The notes beneath the pieces were generated by a model that saw nothing but the letters and a program-made list of their open reading frames with translations, searched no databases and had not been told where the DNA came from. From NCBI GenBank assembly GCA_965214625.1, contig OZ243962.1, positions 578,739-642,738 on the forward strand: a stretch of DNA of 64,000 bases. The letters are read 5' to 3'. A program made the position numbers and the translations under genes. Shown here piece after piece: positions 28,901-39,579 of this stretch. This DNA is from Candidatus Poriferihabitaceae bacterium. GTDB taxonomy: Bacteria > Pseudomonadota > Gammaproteobacteria > Arenicellales > Poriferihabitantaceae. Within the stretch, counting starts at the first letter, position 1; each line of letters begins with the position of its first letter.

Positions 28901-29560
28901 CTACCCTGCATTGCCGGCAGTTACAAACCCGAGCACATCATTTCCGGATTCGACCTTCTGATCCAGTTGGACGGTCAGTTTGGTGGTTAAAGGCATATAT
29001 ATATCGACCCGGGATCCGAAACGGATAAAACCGTACCGTTGTCCGATCTCGACCTCTTCTCCCTTCTTGACGTAACAAAGAATCCGCCGGGCAATCAATC
29101 CGGCGATCTGAACGCAGATTATATCATCCCCTCCTTGTGTCCGTATCCATATCGCGTTGCGCTCATTCTCAGACGATGACTTGTCCAAGGCGGCGTTGAG
29201 AAACTTGCCTGCGTGGTACCATACGCCCTTGACCGTGCCGCCAATCGGAATCAAATTTGAGTGAACCGAGAACACATTCATGAAAACACTGACCCGTAGC
29301 GACTCCACCCCGTCCAGATAAGGATTTTCCGCCTTTCCAACCGCCACGATCTTGCCGCTGGCCGGAGAGATCACCGCCCCCTTCTCGGTACTGATGCGTC
29401 TTTTGGGATCCCGAAAGAACTGGACAACAAACAGGACCAGCAACCAGACAATCACGGAACCGACCCCCCACAACCAGCTCGCCAAACAGCCACAGCCCAG
29501 CGCAATCGCAATATGCACATGGCCTTCCTTGGCAATGATCGGATAGTGGACACGTTTCAT
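28901..29560 (-). CDS. psd: Phosphatidylserine decarboxylase (short form)
   Basis: FFRDP.R, SPASG, VFMNVFSVH, QIAGLIARRI and FGSRVD autocleavage motif. Confidence 0.93.
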   Translation of the reverse strand: MKRVHYPIIAKEGHVHIAIALGCGCLASWLWGVGSVIVWLLVLFVVQFFRDPKRRISTEKGAVISPASGKIVAVGKAENPYLDGVESLRVSVFMNVFSVHSNLIPIGGTVKGVWYHAGKFLNAALDKSSSENERNAIWIRTQGGDDIICVQIAGLIARRILCYVKKGEEVEIGQRYGFIRFGSRVDIYMPLTTKLTVQLDQKVESGNDVLGFVTAGNAG

Positions 29561-29678
29561 GACGGGTTCGGATTTCGATGATCGTGTTTCAGGGAATCAC
29601 GGTGATTAGCCCGACACCACAACGGTCTCACGGGCGTACCGGGACACGGAAAAAGGGTGTGGACATGGAGTGGACACA

Positions 29679-30692
29679 TCAGTTTTTCGATTTATCCACA
29701 ATCTTGTTCTCTCCAATCCAGGCCATCATGGACCGAAGCTGCTTGCCCACTTCCTCGATCTGATGCTCCTGTGCCTTTCGTCTCAGTTCAGGAAACCGTC
29801 GGCCGCCGGCTGCATTCTCATCCATCCACTCCCGGGCAAACTCACCAGACTGGATTTCACTCAATATTTTCTTCATTTCCGCCTTGGTCTGCTCATTCAC
29901 AATCCGGGGCCCCCGGGTCAGATCACCAAACTCGGCGGTATTGGAAATCGAATAGCGCATATCGGCAATACCGCCTTCATACATCAAATCGACAATCAAC
30001 TTCAACTCATGCAAACATTCAAAATAAGCCATCTCGGGGGCATACCCCGCTTCGACCAGTGTTTCAAACCCGGCCTGAACCAATGAGGTGGCTCCACCAC
30101 ACAACACCGCCTGCTCACCGAACAGGTCGGTTTCCGTTTCTTCTTTGAACGTGGTCTCAATGATACCCGCCCGCCCGCCACCGATGCCGGAGGCATAAGC
30201 CAGTGAGATAGACAACGCATCACCCGTGGCATCCCGTTCGATCGCCACCAGGCAAGGCACGCCGGCTTCTCGTTCAAACGTGGACCGAACCAAATGGCCG
30301 GGGCCTTTGGGCGCGATCATAATCACATTCAGGTCATCACGCGGCTTGATATAACCGAAATGAATGTTAAATCCATGGGCGAAGGCCAAGGTAGCGCCTT
30401 GCTTGAAATGCGCCTCAATCGAACGGTAGATCGTGCCCATCAGTTCATCTGGACACAGCATCATGACAACATCTGACTGGGAAACTGCTTCGGCAACACT
30501 CGCAACCGCCAGTCCCGACTGGGTGGCCTTGGCCCGGCTGTCGGAACCCTCGCGCAGACCGACGACCACATCCACGCCACTGTCCTTGAGATTATTGGCA
30601 TGGGCATGTCCTTGTGAGCCGTATCCGATGATGGCCACCCGCTTTTTGCGAATCAGTTCAATATCAGCATCTTCATCGTAAAATACTTTCAT
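29679..30692 (-). CDS. ilvC: Ketol-acid reductoisomerase
   Basis: [35 protein letters not shown] and SNTAEFG motifs. Confidence 0.98.
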   Translation of the reverse strand: MKVFYDEDADIELIRKKRVAIIGYGSQGHAHANNLKDSGVDVVVGLREGSDSRAKATQSGLAVASVAEAVSQSDVVMMLCPDELMGTIYRSIEAHFKQGATLAFAHGFNIHFGYIKPRDDLNVIMIAPKGPGHLVRSTFEREAGVPCLVAIERDATGDALSISLAYASGIGGGRAGIIETTFKEETETDLFGEQAVLCGGATSLVQAGFETLVEAGYAPEMAYFECLHELKLIVDLMYEGGIADMRYSISNTAEFGDLTRGPRIVNEQTKAEMKKILSEIQSGEFAREWMDENAAGGRRFPELRRKAQEHQIEEVGKQLRSMMAWIGENKIVDKSKN

Positions 30693-30798
30693 TTCTTCTC
30701 CTGGATCAATTGGTTTAGGGATTCATTCGTCTTTGCCATCCGCCCCGCCTGTTTGACGAAGAGCAGGTCAACACGGGTACTATCGAATGGCAATAATT

Positions 30799-31293
30799 TT
30801 ACACTTTCAGGGCACGTTTGCCGCGCCCGATCCCGGATACGCCAGAACGCACTACTTCGATGATATCGACAAGCGACAAGGCTTCCAAAAAGGCATCCAC
30901 CTTACTGCTGTTGCCCGTCATCTCCAGGGTATAGGTGGCCTCGGTCACATCGATGATCCGACCTCTGAAAATATCTACCAGCCGTTTCATTTCCTGTCTT
31001 TGCTCGCTGGTAATCGCGGTTACCTTGACCAGCATCAGTTCCCTTTCCAAATGACGGCCTTCGGTCAGGTCACTGAGCTTGACCACATCAACCAGTTTGT
31101 TGAGTTGTTTGGTAATTTGCTCTATGACCGCATCGGTCCCGCTGGTCACGATAGTCATTCTCGAAAGGGAGGCATCATCGGTGGGGGCCACCGTCAATGA
31201 TTCAATGTTGTATCCCCGGGCCGAGAACAATCCCGCCACACGAGACAGCGCGCCGGCTTCATTTTCGAGCAAAACCGCAATAATCCGTCTCAT
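30799..31293 (-). CDS. ilvH: Acetolactate synthase small subunit
   Basis: ENEAGALSRVAGLFSARGYNIESL ACT domain. Confidence 0.96.
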   Translation of the reverse strand: MRRIIAVLLENEAGALSRVAGLFSARGYNIESLTVAPTDDASLSRMTIVTSGTDAVIEQITKQLNKLVDVVKLSDLTEGRHLERELMLVKVTAITSEQRQEMKRLVDIFRGRIIDVTEATYTLEMTGNSSKVDAFLEALSLVDIIEVVRSGVSGIGRGKRALKV

Positions 31294-33035
31294 TATGCCA
31301 ATTCCCTTTCCTGTTGACTGTCGCCTTGTTCGGGCTTCAGTACCATCTCGTTATGCCCCTTGCCGGCCGCGATCATCGGATAGACATTCTCGGTATGATC
31401 CGTCACCACATCAATAAACACCAAACGGTCCTTCATCGACAGGGCTTCTGCCAGCACCGCTTCGACATCCTGCGGTTTTTCGATCCGCATGCCGACATGC
31501 CCGAAACTCTCCGCCAGCGCGACAAAATCCGGCAGCGCATCCATATAGGAATGGGAATAGCGACGGTCATAGAAAAATTCCTGCCATTGCCTGACCATGC
31601 CCATATACCGATTATTCAGATTAATCACCTTGATCGGCAAGCCATATTGCAGACAGGTTGACAGTTCCTGAATACACATGATGATACTGGCATCGCCCGT
31701 GATACAGACCACCACTTCGTCAGGATGGGCAAGCTGCACGCCGATGGCGGCGGGCAAACCGAATCCCATGGTTCCCAACCCACCCGAGTTGATCCACCGT
31801 CGAGGCTTTTCGAAAGTATAGTACTGTGCCGCCCACATTTGGTGTTGCCCCACATCCGACGTGATGAAGGCATCCCCATCGGTTAGTTCGAGCGTTTTTT
31901 CAACCACATATTGTGGCTTGATCACCTTGTCACTGCCACCGTAGGCAAGCGAATCCAGCCCCTTCCACTGATTGATCTGCTTCCACCAAAGATCAACACA
32001 GCGACGATCAATTTCATCCAGCCGACCTGTCAACCTGGCGGTCATCTCATCAAGTACGTTGGCACAGTCACCAACGATCGGCACTTCAACCGATACATTC
32101 TTGCCAATTGAAGATGGATCGATGTCCACCTGAACGATCCGGGCATGAGGTGCAAATTTCTCAAGATCACCAGTCACGCGATCATCAAATCGGGCCCCCA
32201 CTGCAAACATGACATCACATTCATACATCGCCATGTTGGATTCGTAGGTCCCGTGCATGCCGAGCATACCCAGAAAATGTGGGCTGGAAGCAGGAATCGC
32301 ACCCAGCCCCATCAAGGTGCTGGTACAAGGATATCCAAGCAGGTCAATCAACTTCCGCAAGGGAGCTGATGCATCTCCGATCACAACACCGCCACCGGTA
32401 TAGATGATCGGTTTCTTGGCCTGCAACAACAGCTCGATACCCTTGGCAATTTGCTTGGTGTTCCCTTTTGTTTTTGGCCGATAAGAACGCATCTCGACCG
32501 TCGCTGGATAGGTGTATTGCGTTACATGGGCGGTGACATCCTTGGGCACATCAACCACCACCGGACCTGGCCGTCCGGACATCGCAATGAAAAAAGCCTT
32601 CTTCATTGTCTCTGCAATGTCATTAACATCCTTGATCAAAAAATTATGTTTCACGCAGGGCCGGGTAATGCCGACGGTATCAACTTCCTGAAAAGCATCA
32701 TCACCGATCAATCCGGAGGGCACCTGACCACTGATGACAACCATGGGAATGGAATCCATGTGAGCCGTCGCTATACCGGTCACCGTGTTCGTGACACCCG
32801 GTCCCGAGGTCACCAGAACCACACCCGGTTTGCCTGTGGAACGCGCATAACCGTCTGCAGCATGCGCGCCACCTTGTTCATGACGCACCAGAATGTGTTT
32901 GACCTGATCCTGGCGGTAAATCGCATCATATATGTGCAGCGCCGCACCGCCCGGATAGCCGAAAATATACTCTATTCCCTCGTCCTGTAGACAACGAACC
33001 AGGATATCAGCTCCTGTTAAAGTCTGTGCCACCAT
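31293..33035 (-). CDS. ilvI: Acetolactate synthase large subunit
   Basis: IFGYPGGA, RHEQG, TSGPG, SGGLGTMGFG and GDAS ThDP motif. Confidence 0.96.
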   Translation of the reverse strand: MVAQTLTGADILVRCLQDEGIEYIFGYPGGAALHIYDAIYRQDQVKHILVRHEQGGAHAADGYARSTGKPGVVLVTSGPGVTNTVTGIATAHMDSIPMVVISGQVPSGLIGDDAFQEVDTVGITRPCVKHNFLIKDVNDIAETMKKAFFIAMSGRPGPVVVDVPKDVTAHVTQYTYPATVEMRSYRPKTKGNTKQIAKGIELLLQAKKPIIYTGGGVVIGDASAPLRKLIDLLGYPCTSTLMGLGAIPASSPHFLGMLGMHGTYESNMAMYECDVMFAVGARFDDRVTGDLEKFAPHARIVQVDIDPSSIGKNVSVEVPIVGDCANVLDEMTARLTGRLDEIDRRCVDLWWKQINQWKGLDSLAYGGSDKVIKPQYVVEKTLELTDGDAFITSDVGQHQMWAAQYYTFEKPRRWINSGGLGTMGFGLPAAIGVQLAHPDEVVVCITGDASIIMCIQELSTCLQYGLPIKVINLNNRYMGMVRQWQEFFYDRRYSHSYMDALPDFVALAESFGHVGMRIEKPQDVEAVLAEALSMKDRLVFIDVVTDHTENVYPMIAAGKGHNEMVLKPEQGDSQQERELA

Positions 33036-33049
33036 CTGTCCTCATACCG

Positions 33050-33079
33050 AAAAAAAAGCCCGCATTGACATACGGACTC
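33050..33079 (-). terminator. Intrinsic terminator-like hairpin with an 8-U tail, 14 nt upstream of the ilvI start
   Basis: Minus strand agtccgtat-gtca-atgcgggct followed by a T run. Confidence 0.65.
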
Positions 33080-33194
33080 ATCAAAACTGATCTGCAACGA
33101 GTATAGCGATTTTCTATCCAAGATTCCAAACATTTGCACAATTGATCCTGTTGGCCGGTACGGGCCTTGTGACGCCGACTGACGACCCGTGTCC

Positions 33195-34559
33195 TTAAAA
33201 TGGCATCCCGGGCATTCCATTACCCCTGAGCTGGTTCATGACCCCTCTCATGCCGCCTTTCTTCTGTGCTCTTTTCATTACTTTCTGCAGTTGCATGAAT
33301 TGCCTGAGCAACTGGTTGACATCCTGTATCCGGGTACCGGACCCCGCCGCCACCCTTTTTTTTCGGGTGCCGCGCAACACGGCCGGAAATTTCCGCTCAT
33401 GCGGGGTCATGGAACCAATAATGGCCACCGCTTTTTTCGTCTGTTTGTCCCCAAACTGATTGAGCAGTGCTTTGGGCGGCACTCGATTCATGCCGGGCAG
33501 CTTGTCCATCATGCTTGTTATCCCCCCCATCTTTTCCATCTGAATCATCTGCTCCCGGTAATCCTCCAGATCAAAGGCCTTTCCCTTTTTCAGTTTGACC
33601 GCCAGTTTCTGTGCCTGGTCATGGTCCACCTTGCGCTCCACTTCCTCGACCAGAGAAAGCACATCTCCCATGCCCAAAATGCGCGAGGCAACCCTGTCCG
33701 GATGAAACGGTTCGAGTGCATCCATGGCTTCTCCCGTTCCCATAAATTTAATCGGCTTACCGGTGATTTCCCTGACCGACAGCGCCGCGCCGCCTCTCGC
33801 ATCTCCATCTGTTTTGGTCAACACCACACCGGTCAGCGCAAGGGCATCGTTGAAAGCCTTGGCACTGTGTACCGCATCCTGACCGGTCATGCTGTCAACG
33901 ACAAACAGTGTCTCCACCGGATTCACCGCCTTATGCAATGCCTTGATTTCATCCATCATCACTTCATCAACATGAAGACGTCCGGCCGTATCCAATATCA
34001 CGACATCCATCCCCGTCTTTCTCGCCTGATCGACTGCCTGGGTCGCGATTTCCATGGGTTTTTGAGACAGGTCACTCGGGAAAAAATCGAGGTCATGACT
34101 GTCGGCCAGTATTCTCAGTTGCTCGATCGCCGCCGGCCGATAGACATCCGCGCTGGCCACCATGACGGATTTGTTCTCGCGGTCTTTCAGCAGACAGCCC
34201 AACTTGCCGACCGTAGTGGTCTTGCCCGCACCCTGCAATCCGGCAACAAACACCACTGCCGGCGGGCGGGTCGACAGGTTCAGTCCCTGATGCTCTGCGC
34301 CCATCAACTGTACCAGTTCATCCTTGACAACTTTGATCACCGCCTGTCCCGGCGTCAGGCTGCCCAAGACCTCCTGGCCCACCGCCTTGGTCCGGACACT
34401 GGCAACAAATGACTTGGTCACTGCCAGAGAAACATCGGCCTCCAGCAAGGCGACCCGCACCTCACGCATTGCCTCAACAATATTGGATTCAGTCAGTCTT
34501 CCTCGACCGCTGAGCTGTTTGAAAGCACTTTTAAGCTTATCGCTGAGTTGACTAAACAT
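33195..34559 (-). CDS. ffh: Signal recognition particle protein
   Basis: GLQGAGKTTT, DTAGR, TKTDGDARGG and PFHPDRVASRILGMGD motifs; M domain. Confidence 0.98.
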   Translation of the reverse strand: MFSQLSDKLKSAFKQLSGRGRLTESNIVEAMREVRVALLEADVSLAVTKSFVASVRTKAVGQEVLGSLTPGQAVIKVVKDELVQLMGAEHQGLNLSTRPPAVVFVAGLQGAGKTTTVGKLGCLLKDRENKSVMVASADVYRPAAIEQLRILADSHDLDFFPSDLSQKPMEIATQAVDQARKTGMDVVILDTAGRLHVDEVMMDEIKALHKAVNPVETLFVVDSMTGQDAVHSAKAFNDALALTGVVLTKTDGDARGGAALSVREITGKPIKFMGTGEAMDALEPFHPDRVASRILGMGDVLSLVEEVERKVDHDQAQKLAVKLKKGKAFDLEDYREQMIQMEKMGGITSMMDKLPGMNRVPPKALLNQFGDKQTKKAVAIIGSMTPHERKFPAVLRGTRKKRVAAGSGTRIQDVNQLLRQFMQLQKVMKRAQKKGGMRGVMNQLRGNGMPGMPF

Positions 34560-34679
34560 TTCTTTGAAAATCAGTGATCGGGTGTTATCACCATAACACC
34601 ACGGGGAAACAACCGTTAGGTGTATAATTCTCGCTAACGGATACGTGGCACAATCTTAATACAACAACTCGATGGAAAA

Positions 34680-35483
34680 ATGCGCATTTTATTCCTAATG
34701 ACGCTATTTTGCTATTTTGCCAGTGGTGCAGTGACCTTTGCCAAGATCCGGTCATCCCGACTGCCCCCGGTCAATCAGACACGCATCCTGCGTGCCTGCG
34801 TTGCGTTGTGTATCATGCTCCATACGGCAACACTCTACAGCGGGTCTGATTCCGTCGGTACCCACCTGTCCCTTGGCCTGATCGTATCCTTGACCGCCTG
34901 GATGTCGGTCATCCTGTATCTTCTGTTGTCGTTTTTCAAGCGGACTTTGAATCTGGGCATTATCTTGATTCCGATTGGATTGATCGGGTTGGTTGCCGGC
35001 TACGTCAATCCAGGACAAATCTCGGTTTCCAGTCAATTGACGCATGGATTGACCTGGCATGTGATCATCGCGCTACCCGCCTACGGCATGCTGTGCATCG
35101 CATTTGCCCAAGCCGTCTTGCTGTTCATCCAGGAAAAACAGTTACACAAGCCAAGTCCGGTGACCCAGCTTCAGTTTTTGCCGGCCGTGGAAACCATGGA
35201 ATCGAATCTGTTCTGGATGATTGGTGCCGGATTTTTACTGCTCACCGTCAATCTCCTGATGGGCAGCCTGCTGACATGGCAACACTATGGAAAACTACTT
35301 GTCTTTAATCACCACATCATCCTGTCGGTGCTTGCCTGGTTCAGTTTCGGGTGCCTGTTGTTATGCGGTAGATTCTTCGGGTGGCGGGGGGAAAGTGCCG
35401 CAAAATGGACCGTCGCCAGTTTTATCCTCTTGGTATTGGGTTATTTCGGTACGCGATTCGTCAGGGAAATTCTGCTGGGCTGA
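34680..35483 (+). CDS. ypjD: Cytochrome c assembly family inner membrane protein (YpjD/CcsA-like)
   Basis: Multi-TM; LP.VETME..LF, H..ILSVLAW, GWRG and YFGTRFV motifs; divergent from ffh as usual. Confidence 0.85.
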   Translation: MRILFLMTLFCYFASGAVTFAKIRSSRLPPVNQTRILRACVALCIMLHTATLYSGSDSVGTHLSLGLIVSLTAWMSVILYLLLSFFKRTLNLGIILIPIGLIGLVAGYVNPGQISVSSQLTHGLTWHVIIALPAYGMLCIAFAQAVLLFIQEKQLHKPSPVTQLQFLPAVETMESNLFWMIGAGFLLLTVNLLMGSLLTWQHYGKLLVFNHHIILSVLAWFSFGCLLLCGRFFGWRGESAAKWTVASFILLVLGYFGTRFVREILLG

Positions 35484-35509
35484 ATACCACATTGCGTCTC
35501 ACCGAAACT

Positions 35510-36199
35510 TCATGAACCGCTGTCATTCGCGGTGACGGCACCCGGATGGGCCACCTTGTTGCGGACATAGCAGGCTGTCAGTTGGGTCGCACAGAGATGA
35601 TGTTCAGGTCCTCTCTTCTCGGCAATGCCCGCCACAAACCGGGCTTCCGGATATCGTGATGGACAGTACTTGACCTGCCCGTTGGGAAAACACGCCCGCA
35701 TCTGATCTTCATAGCGGTCCCACCCACTGCCCAGACCAATCACTGTCCGGCCCTGCGGGTCGAGATCAATCTCATTGGGATAGCCGACCGACAAAGCCAC
35801 TTTCGGCACCGCCGAATACGCCTCCGTTTCATAGCAGGCAAAATAGATTTGATTCATTCTGGCATCGAGTGCCGGCACCACCAGCGCCCTGTCAGCCGTC
35901 ACGGCCAACGCCTCCAGGGATTCAATACCGACCGTGGGAATATCCGCGCCATAAGCCAATCCCTGCGCGACACCGATACCGATCCGCACCCCGGTAAACG
36001 ATCCTGGCCCGACATCCACCGCAATGACATCCAGGTCACCCAGACGGATTGCAAAGTCCGCACACAATGACCGAACCATGTTCAGGACATGTTTTGAATG
36101 CCCGGTCGGATCCATAACCCTTTTCTGAGACACTTCATTCTGATAGCAAAGTGCCACCGAACAGGCGGATGTGACCGTTTCAATAGCAAGAATATTCAT
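35510..36199 (-). CDS. tsaB: tRNA t6A biosynthesis protein TsaB
   Basis: ILAIETVT.ACSVAL, GPGSFTGVRIG and LDARMNQIY motifs. Confidence 0.95.
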   Translation of the reverse strand: MNILAIETVTSACSVALCYQNEVSQKRVMDPTGHSKHVLNMVRSLCADFAIRLGDLDVIAVDVGPGSFTGVRIGIGVAQGLAYGADIPTVGIESLEALAVTADRALVVPALDARMNQIYFACYETEAYSAVPKVALSVGYPNEIDLDPQGRTVIGLGSGWDRYEDQMRACFPNGQVKYCPSRYPEARFVAGIAEKRGPEHHLCATQLTACYVRNKVAHPGAVTANDSGS

Positions 36200-36201
36200 G
36201 G

Positions 36202-38136
36202 TCAGAGGTCGCTCAAAAACCCGCGCACCGCTTCAATCGAATCCGTTCTCGGCATCGGTGGCAGGCTCTGGAGAAACAATCGCCCATAGGGCTTGGTTTT
36301 GATCCGCGAGTCACACACAACGAGCACACCCTGATCCTGTTCTGACCGGATCAGCCGTCCTGCACCTTGTTTGAACATGATCACGGCATCAGGCACCTGA
36401 ATGTCCATAAACGGATTTTTACCCCGTTCCTCGCAGTCCCGTAACTTGCTTTTCAATACCGGATCACTGGGTGAGGCAAAGGGCAATTTGTCAATGATGA
36501 CACAACTGAGCGATGGGCCTTTAACATCCACGCCTTCCCAGAAACTGGTGGTTCCCAGCAATATCGAGTCCGGCGATCGGACAAACTGATTCAGCAATCG
36601 TTGTTTCGCCGCCTCACCCTGGACAAGCACCGGAAACCGGGTCAGTGGCCTGAGTCGGCGACACACCCCTTCCATCATGGCATAACTGGTAAACAGACAA
36701 AAGGCCCGCCCGCGACTCGCTTCGGTCAATAGATGAATCTGCTCCGTCAGCGCATCCGCAAATTCTGCCGTACGCGGATCCGGCATCGATGGAGGCAAAT
36801 AAAGCAGACTGTGGCTTTCGAAACAATACGGACTCGGCCATTGTTTCAACTCCGCCTCATCCAAACCAAGCGGAGCACAAAAAGCCGAAAAATCCTCTCC
36901 CACCGCCAAGGTCGCCGAAGTGAATATCCACGAGATCTTCGGCACCGCGATCAGTTCCCTGAATGGGTCCCGGACACTGAGCGGAGTCGCGACAAGACTG
37001 AAACGGCGACCGGATACGGATGCCCAGCGAATGGTTTGTCGGCCGGCCCCTCGCCACCATTGATCCAGCTTGTTTTGTAACTCAAGACACCGGTCATGGC
37101 ACCGGTTAACGCCCTCTCCCACCCCCTTTGCCTGATCCAGAGCCTGCTCCAACTTGTCAAGGCCACGCTGTATCGCATCCAAAATAGCTTCGGACTGCTC
37201 GGTCTGGATAGCAGAAAACTCGATCGCCGGAGACTTGAGATGGGTCAGATGGTGGTGCAATCGGGTGATCAACTGTTCCACAGATGACGTCGTAGCCGAG
37301 AAATTCACCCCGCTTCCCTCGTTCTCTCCGGTGGTCACGATATCCTTCATCAAATCCAGCATCTGGTAATTCGAAATTGAAAAACCGAAAAATTGCGACG
37401 CGGTTTTGGCTATATGGTGTGCTTCATCGAAAACGACCACTTCGTGGTTCGGAAGCAACTCGCCGAATCCATCCGTTTTGAGCGTCCGGTCAGAAAAATA
37501 CAGGTGATGGTTGACCACCACCACGGTCGATTCCATCGCCTTGTGCCGCGCCTTCTTCACAAAACACCGGTCGTAGTCGGGACACTGCCCACCAAGGCAA
37601 TTTTCCGCAGTGGAAGTAACCTGTTTCCATATGGGTGAGTCCTCGTTGACCCCGGTGACCTCGCTGATGTCTCCGGTGGTCGTGCGAACAGCCCAATTTT
37701 CGATCACTGCCGATGAGTGGCGGGTTTCCTTTGCGATCAGATCGGTTTGCTGGACATATTGCCCGAGTCGATAACGGCACAGGTAATTGGCTCTGCCCTT
37801 GAGCAGCCGGGCCTTGACATCTTGTCCCAACAAACGGGCCACCAGAGGCAGGTCTTTTGAAAATATCTGCTCTTGGAGATGTTTGGTCGCGGTGGAAACA
37901 ATCGCTTTTTTACCCGATAGGAGCAAGGGCACCAGATAGGCAAAAGTCTTGCCGGTGCCGGTCCCCGACTCGGCTACCAGGGAGCCCTGGTGTGCGATCG
38001 TCTCTTCGACACAGCGCGCCATTTCCTGCTGCGCCGCTCTCGGCACAAAATCCGGCATCTTCCGGTGGAAAAGGCCCTGTTCGGCTAGCGCCGCAGCACT
38101 TCGTGATTCACACATCAGGCGGTCGACCGGCGGCAA
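36202..38136 (-). CDS. yoaA: ATP-dependent DinG-family Fe-S helicase
   Basis: ESGTGTGKT, KGRANYLC, VVFDEAH, SFWEGVDV and QGAGRLIR motifs; upstream of tsaB. Confidence 0.92.
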   Translation of the reverse strand: MPPVDRLMCESRSAAALAEQGLFHRKMPDFVPRAAQQEMARCVEETIAHQGSLVAESGTGTGKTFAYLVPLLLSGKKAIVSTATKHLQEQIFSKDLPLVARLLGQDVKARLLKGRANYLCRYRLGQYVQQTDLIAKETRHSSAVIENWAVRTTTGDISEVTGVNEDSPIWKQVTSTAENCLGGQCPDYDRCFVKKARHKAMESTVVVVNHHLYFSDRTLKTDGFGELLPNHEVVVFDEAHHIAKTASQFFGFSISNYQMLDLMKDIVTTGENEGSGVNFSATTSSVEQLITRLHHHLTHLKSPAIEFSAIQTEQSEAILDAIQRGLDKLEQALDQAKGVGEGVNRCHDRCLELQNKLDQWWRGAGRQTIRWASVSGRRFSLVATPLSVRDPFRELIAVPKISWIFTSATLAVGEDFSAFCAPLGLDEAELKQWPSPYCFESHSLLYLPPSMPDPRTAEFADALTEQIHLLTEASRGRAFCLFTSYAMMEGVCRRLRPLTRFPVLVQGEAAKQRLLNQFVRSPDSILLGTTSFWEGVDVKGPSLSCVIIDKLPFASPSDPVLKSKLRDCEERGKNPFMDIQVPDAVIMFKQGAGRLIRSEQDQGVLVVCDSRIKTKPYGRLFLQSLPPMPRTDSIEAVRGFLSDL

Positions 38137-38166
38137 CCGGGCATTGCGTTACCCGAGCCGACAGAT

Positions 38167-39024
38167 TTAAAAACACTGTTGCAGCGAGACACGCCAGTCC
38201 GGCAGCCGTTGCCCATAAATATCCCACAGTTTCTGGTTATCCAATACCGAATAACCGGGACGAGCCGCCCGAGTGGGATAATCCTTCGAGACAATCGGGT
38301 GGACCGTGACCCTGTCATTGCATGACGCTTTCATGATCTGACGGCAGAATTCATACCAACTGGCCTGTCCTGAACCGGTTACATGGAAAATGCCCCCGTG
38401 ATGCTCATACCTGCCTGCCTCAAGGCCCCTGACGATCTCGAGGGTCACCTGTGCCAGATCAGCCGCTGAAGTCGGACTGCCATACTGATCACTGACGATA
38501 TTGATGTGTGATCTTTCCGTGGCCAGTCGCAACATCGAGTTGACGAAATTGTGTCCATGTCGCGAGTAGACCCAAGCGGTTCTCAGAATGATCGCATCCG
38601 GATACTGTCCCAGTGTTGCCTGCTCTCCCGCCAGCTTGCTGCGACCATAGACATTTTGCGGATTGGTCTGGTGTGTCTCCTTGTAAGGCGCACCGGCACA
38701 GCCATCAAACACATAATCGGTGGAATAATGAATCAGTCTCGAACCCATCGCGACGCAGGCCGAAGCCATTGCTTCAGGAGCGGCCGCATTAACGGAAAAA
38801 CACCGCTCAGCATCATCCTCCGCATTGTCCACGGCAGTATAGGCGGCCGCATTGATAACCCAGTCAGCGCCGATCCGGGTCACGAACGGGGCAATTGCCC
38901 CGGTTTGGGACAAATCGATCTCTGACGAACCCACCGGGATGACATCATGGTTGTCATACCCGGCGAAGGCCTGTACCAGCTGTCGACCCAACTGTCCGTT
39001 TTTACCGAAAATCAAAACCCTCAT
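38167..39024 (-). CDS. rfbD: dTDP-4-dehydrorhamnose reductase
   Basis: GKNGQLG, INAAAYTAVD, HYSTDYVFDG, YGRSKLAGE and DQYGSPT motifs. Confidence 0.95.
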   Translation of the reverse strand: MRVLIFGKNGQLGRQLVQAFAGYDNHDVIPVGSSEIDLSQTGAIAPFVTRIGADWVINAAAYTAVDNAEDDAERCFSVNAAAPEAMASACVAMGSRLIHYSTDYVFDGCAGAPYKETHQTNPQNVYGRSKLAGEQATLGQYPDAIILRTAWVYSRHGHNFVNSMLRLATERSHINIVSDQYGSPTSAADLAQVTLEIVRGLEAGRYEHHGGIFHVTGSGQASWYEFCRQIMKASCNDRVTVHPIVSKDYPTRAARPGYSVLDNQKLWDIYGQRLPDWRVSLQQCF

Positions 39025-39557
39025 GTCAGTTGCACCTGCGACAACAACGGCGCCGTCTTGTCTTTGTGGGAGACCACAGGCTGGCTGACAGGCCAGTCGA
39101 TTCCAATCGCCGGATCATCCCATCTCACCGCGGCATCCTGTGCGGGGTGATACCGCGTCGTGCACTTATAGATCACATCGGCCACCTCACTGACCACGCA
39201 AAAACCGTGTGCATACCCCGGAGGAACGTATAGTTGTTGCTTGTTGTCGGCATCCAGATAGACGCCCACCCAGTGCCCATAATGCGGCGAATCGCATCGG
39301 ATATCCACCGCAACATCAAATATCTCCCCACTGACCACTCTGACCAGCTTACCCTGCCACTGGGGGTATTGATAATGTAATCCGCGCAAAACCCCGTAAC
39401 TGGAACGGGAGTGATTGTCCTGTACAAAATGTTCCGGCAGCCCGGCCCGGGCAAAGGTCGACTGGTTAAACGTCTCTGCAAAAAAACCACGATCATCATG
39501 GTACACGGTCGGTGTAAGCACCACGACCCCGGGCAACTCGGTGGAGGTTACTTGCAA
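39021..39557 (-). CDS. rfbC: dTDP-4-dehydrorhamnose 3,5-epimerase
   Basis: DDRGFFAE, QDNHSRS..GVLRGLHYQ and GYAHGF motifs. Confidence 0.95.
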   Translation of the reverse strand: MQVTSTELPGVVVLTPTVYHDDRGFFAETFNQSTFARAGLPEHFVQDNHSRSSYGVLRGLHYQYPQWQGKLVRVVSGEIFDVAVDIRCDSPHYGHWVGVYLDADNKQQLYVPPGYAHGFCVVSEVADVIYKCTTRYHPAQDAAVRWDDPAIGIDWPVSQPVVSHKDKTAPLLSQVQLT

Positions 39558-39579
39558 GACCTGAACCCGGTGCCCGATG

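Noticed and set aside
33189-34412. 407-aa ORF antisense to ffh
   Set aside because: It overlaps a conserved essential gene completely and has no recognisable domain, so it is a shadow ORF.
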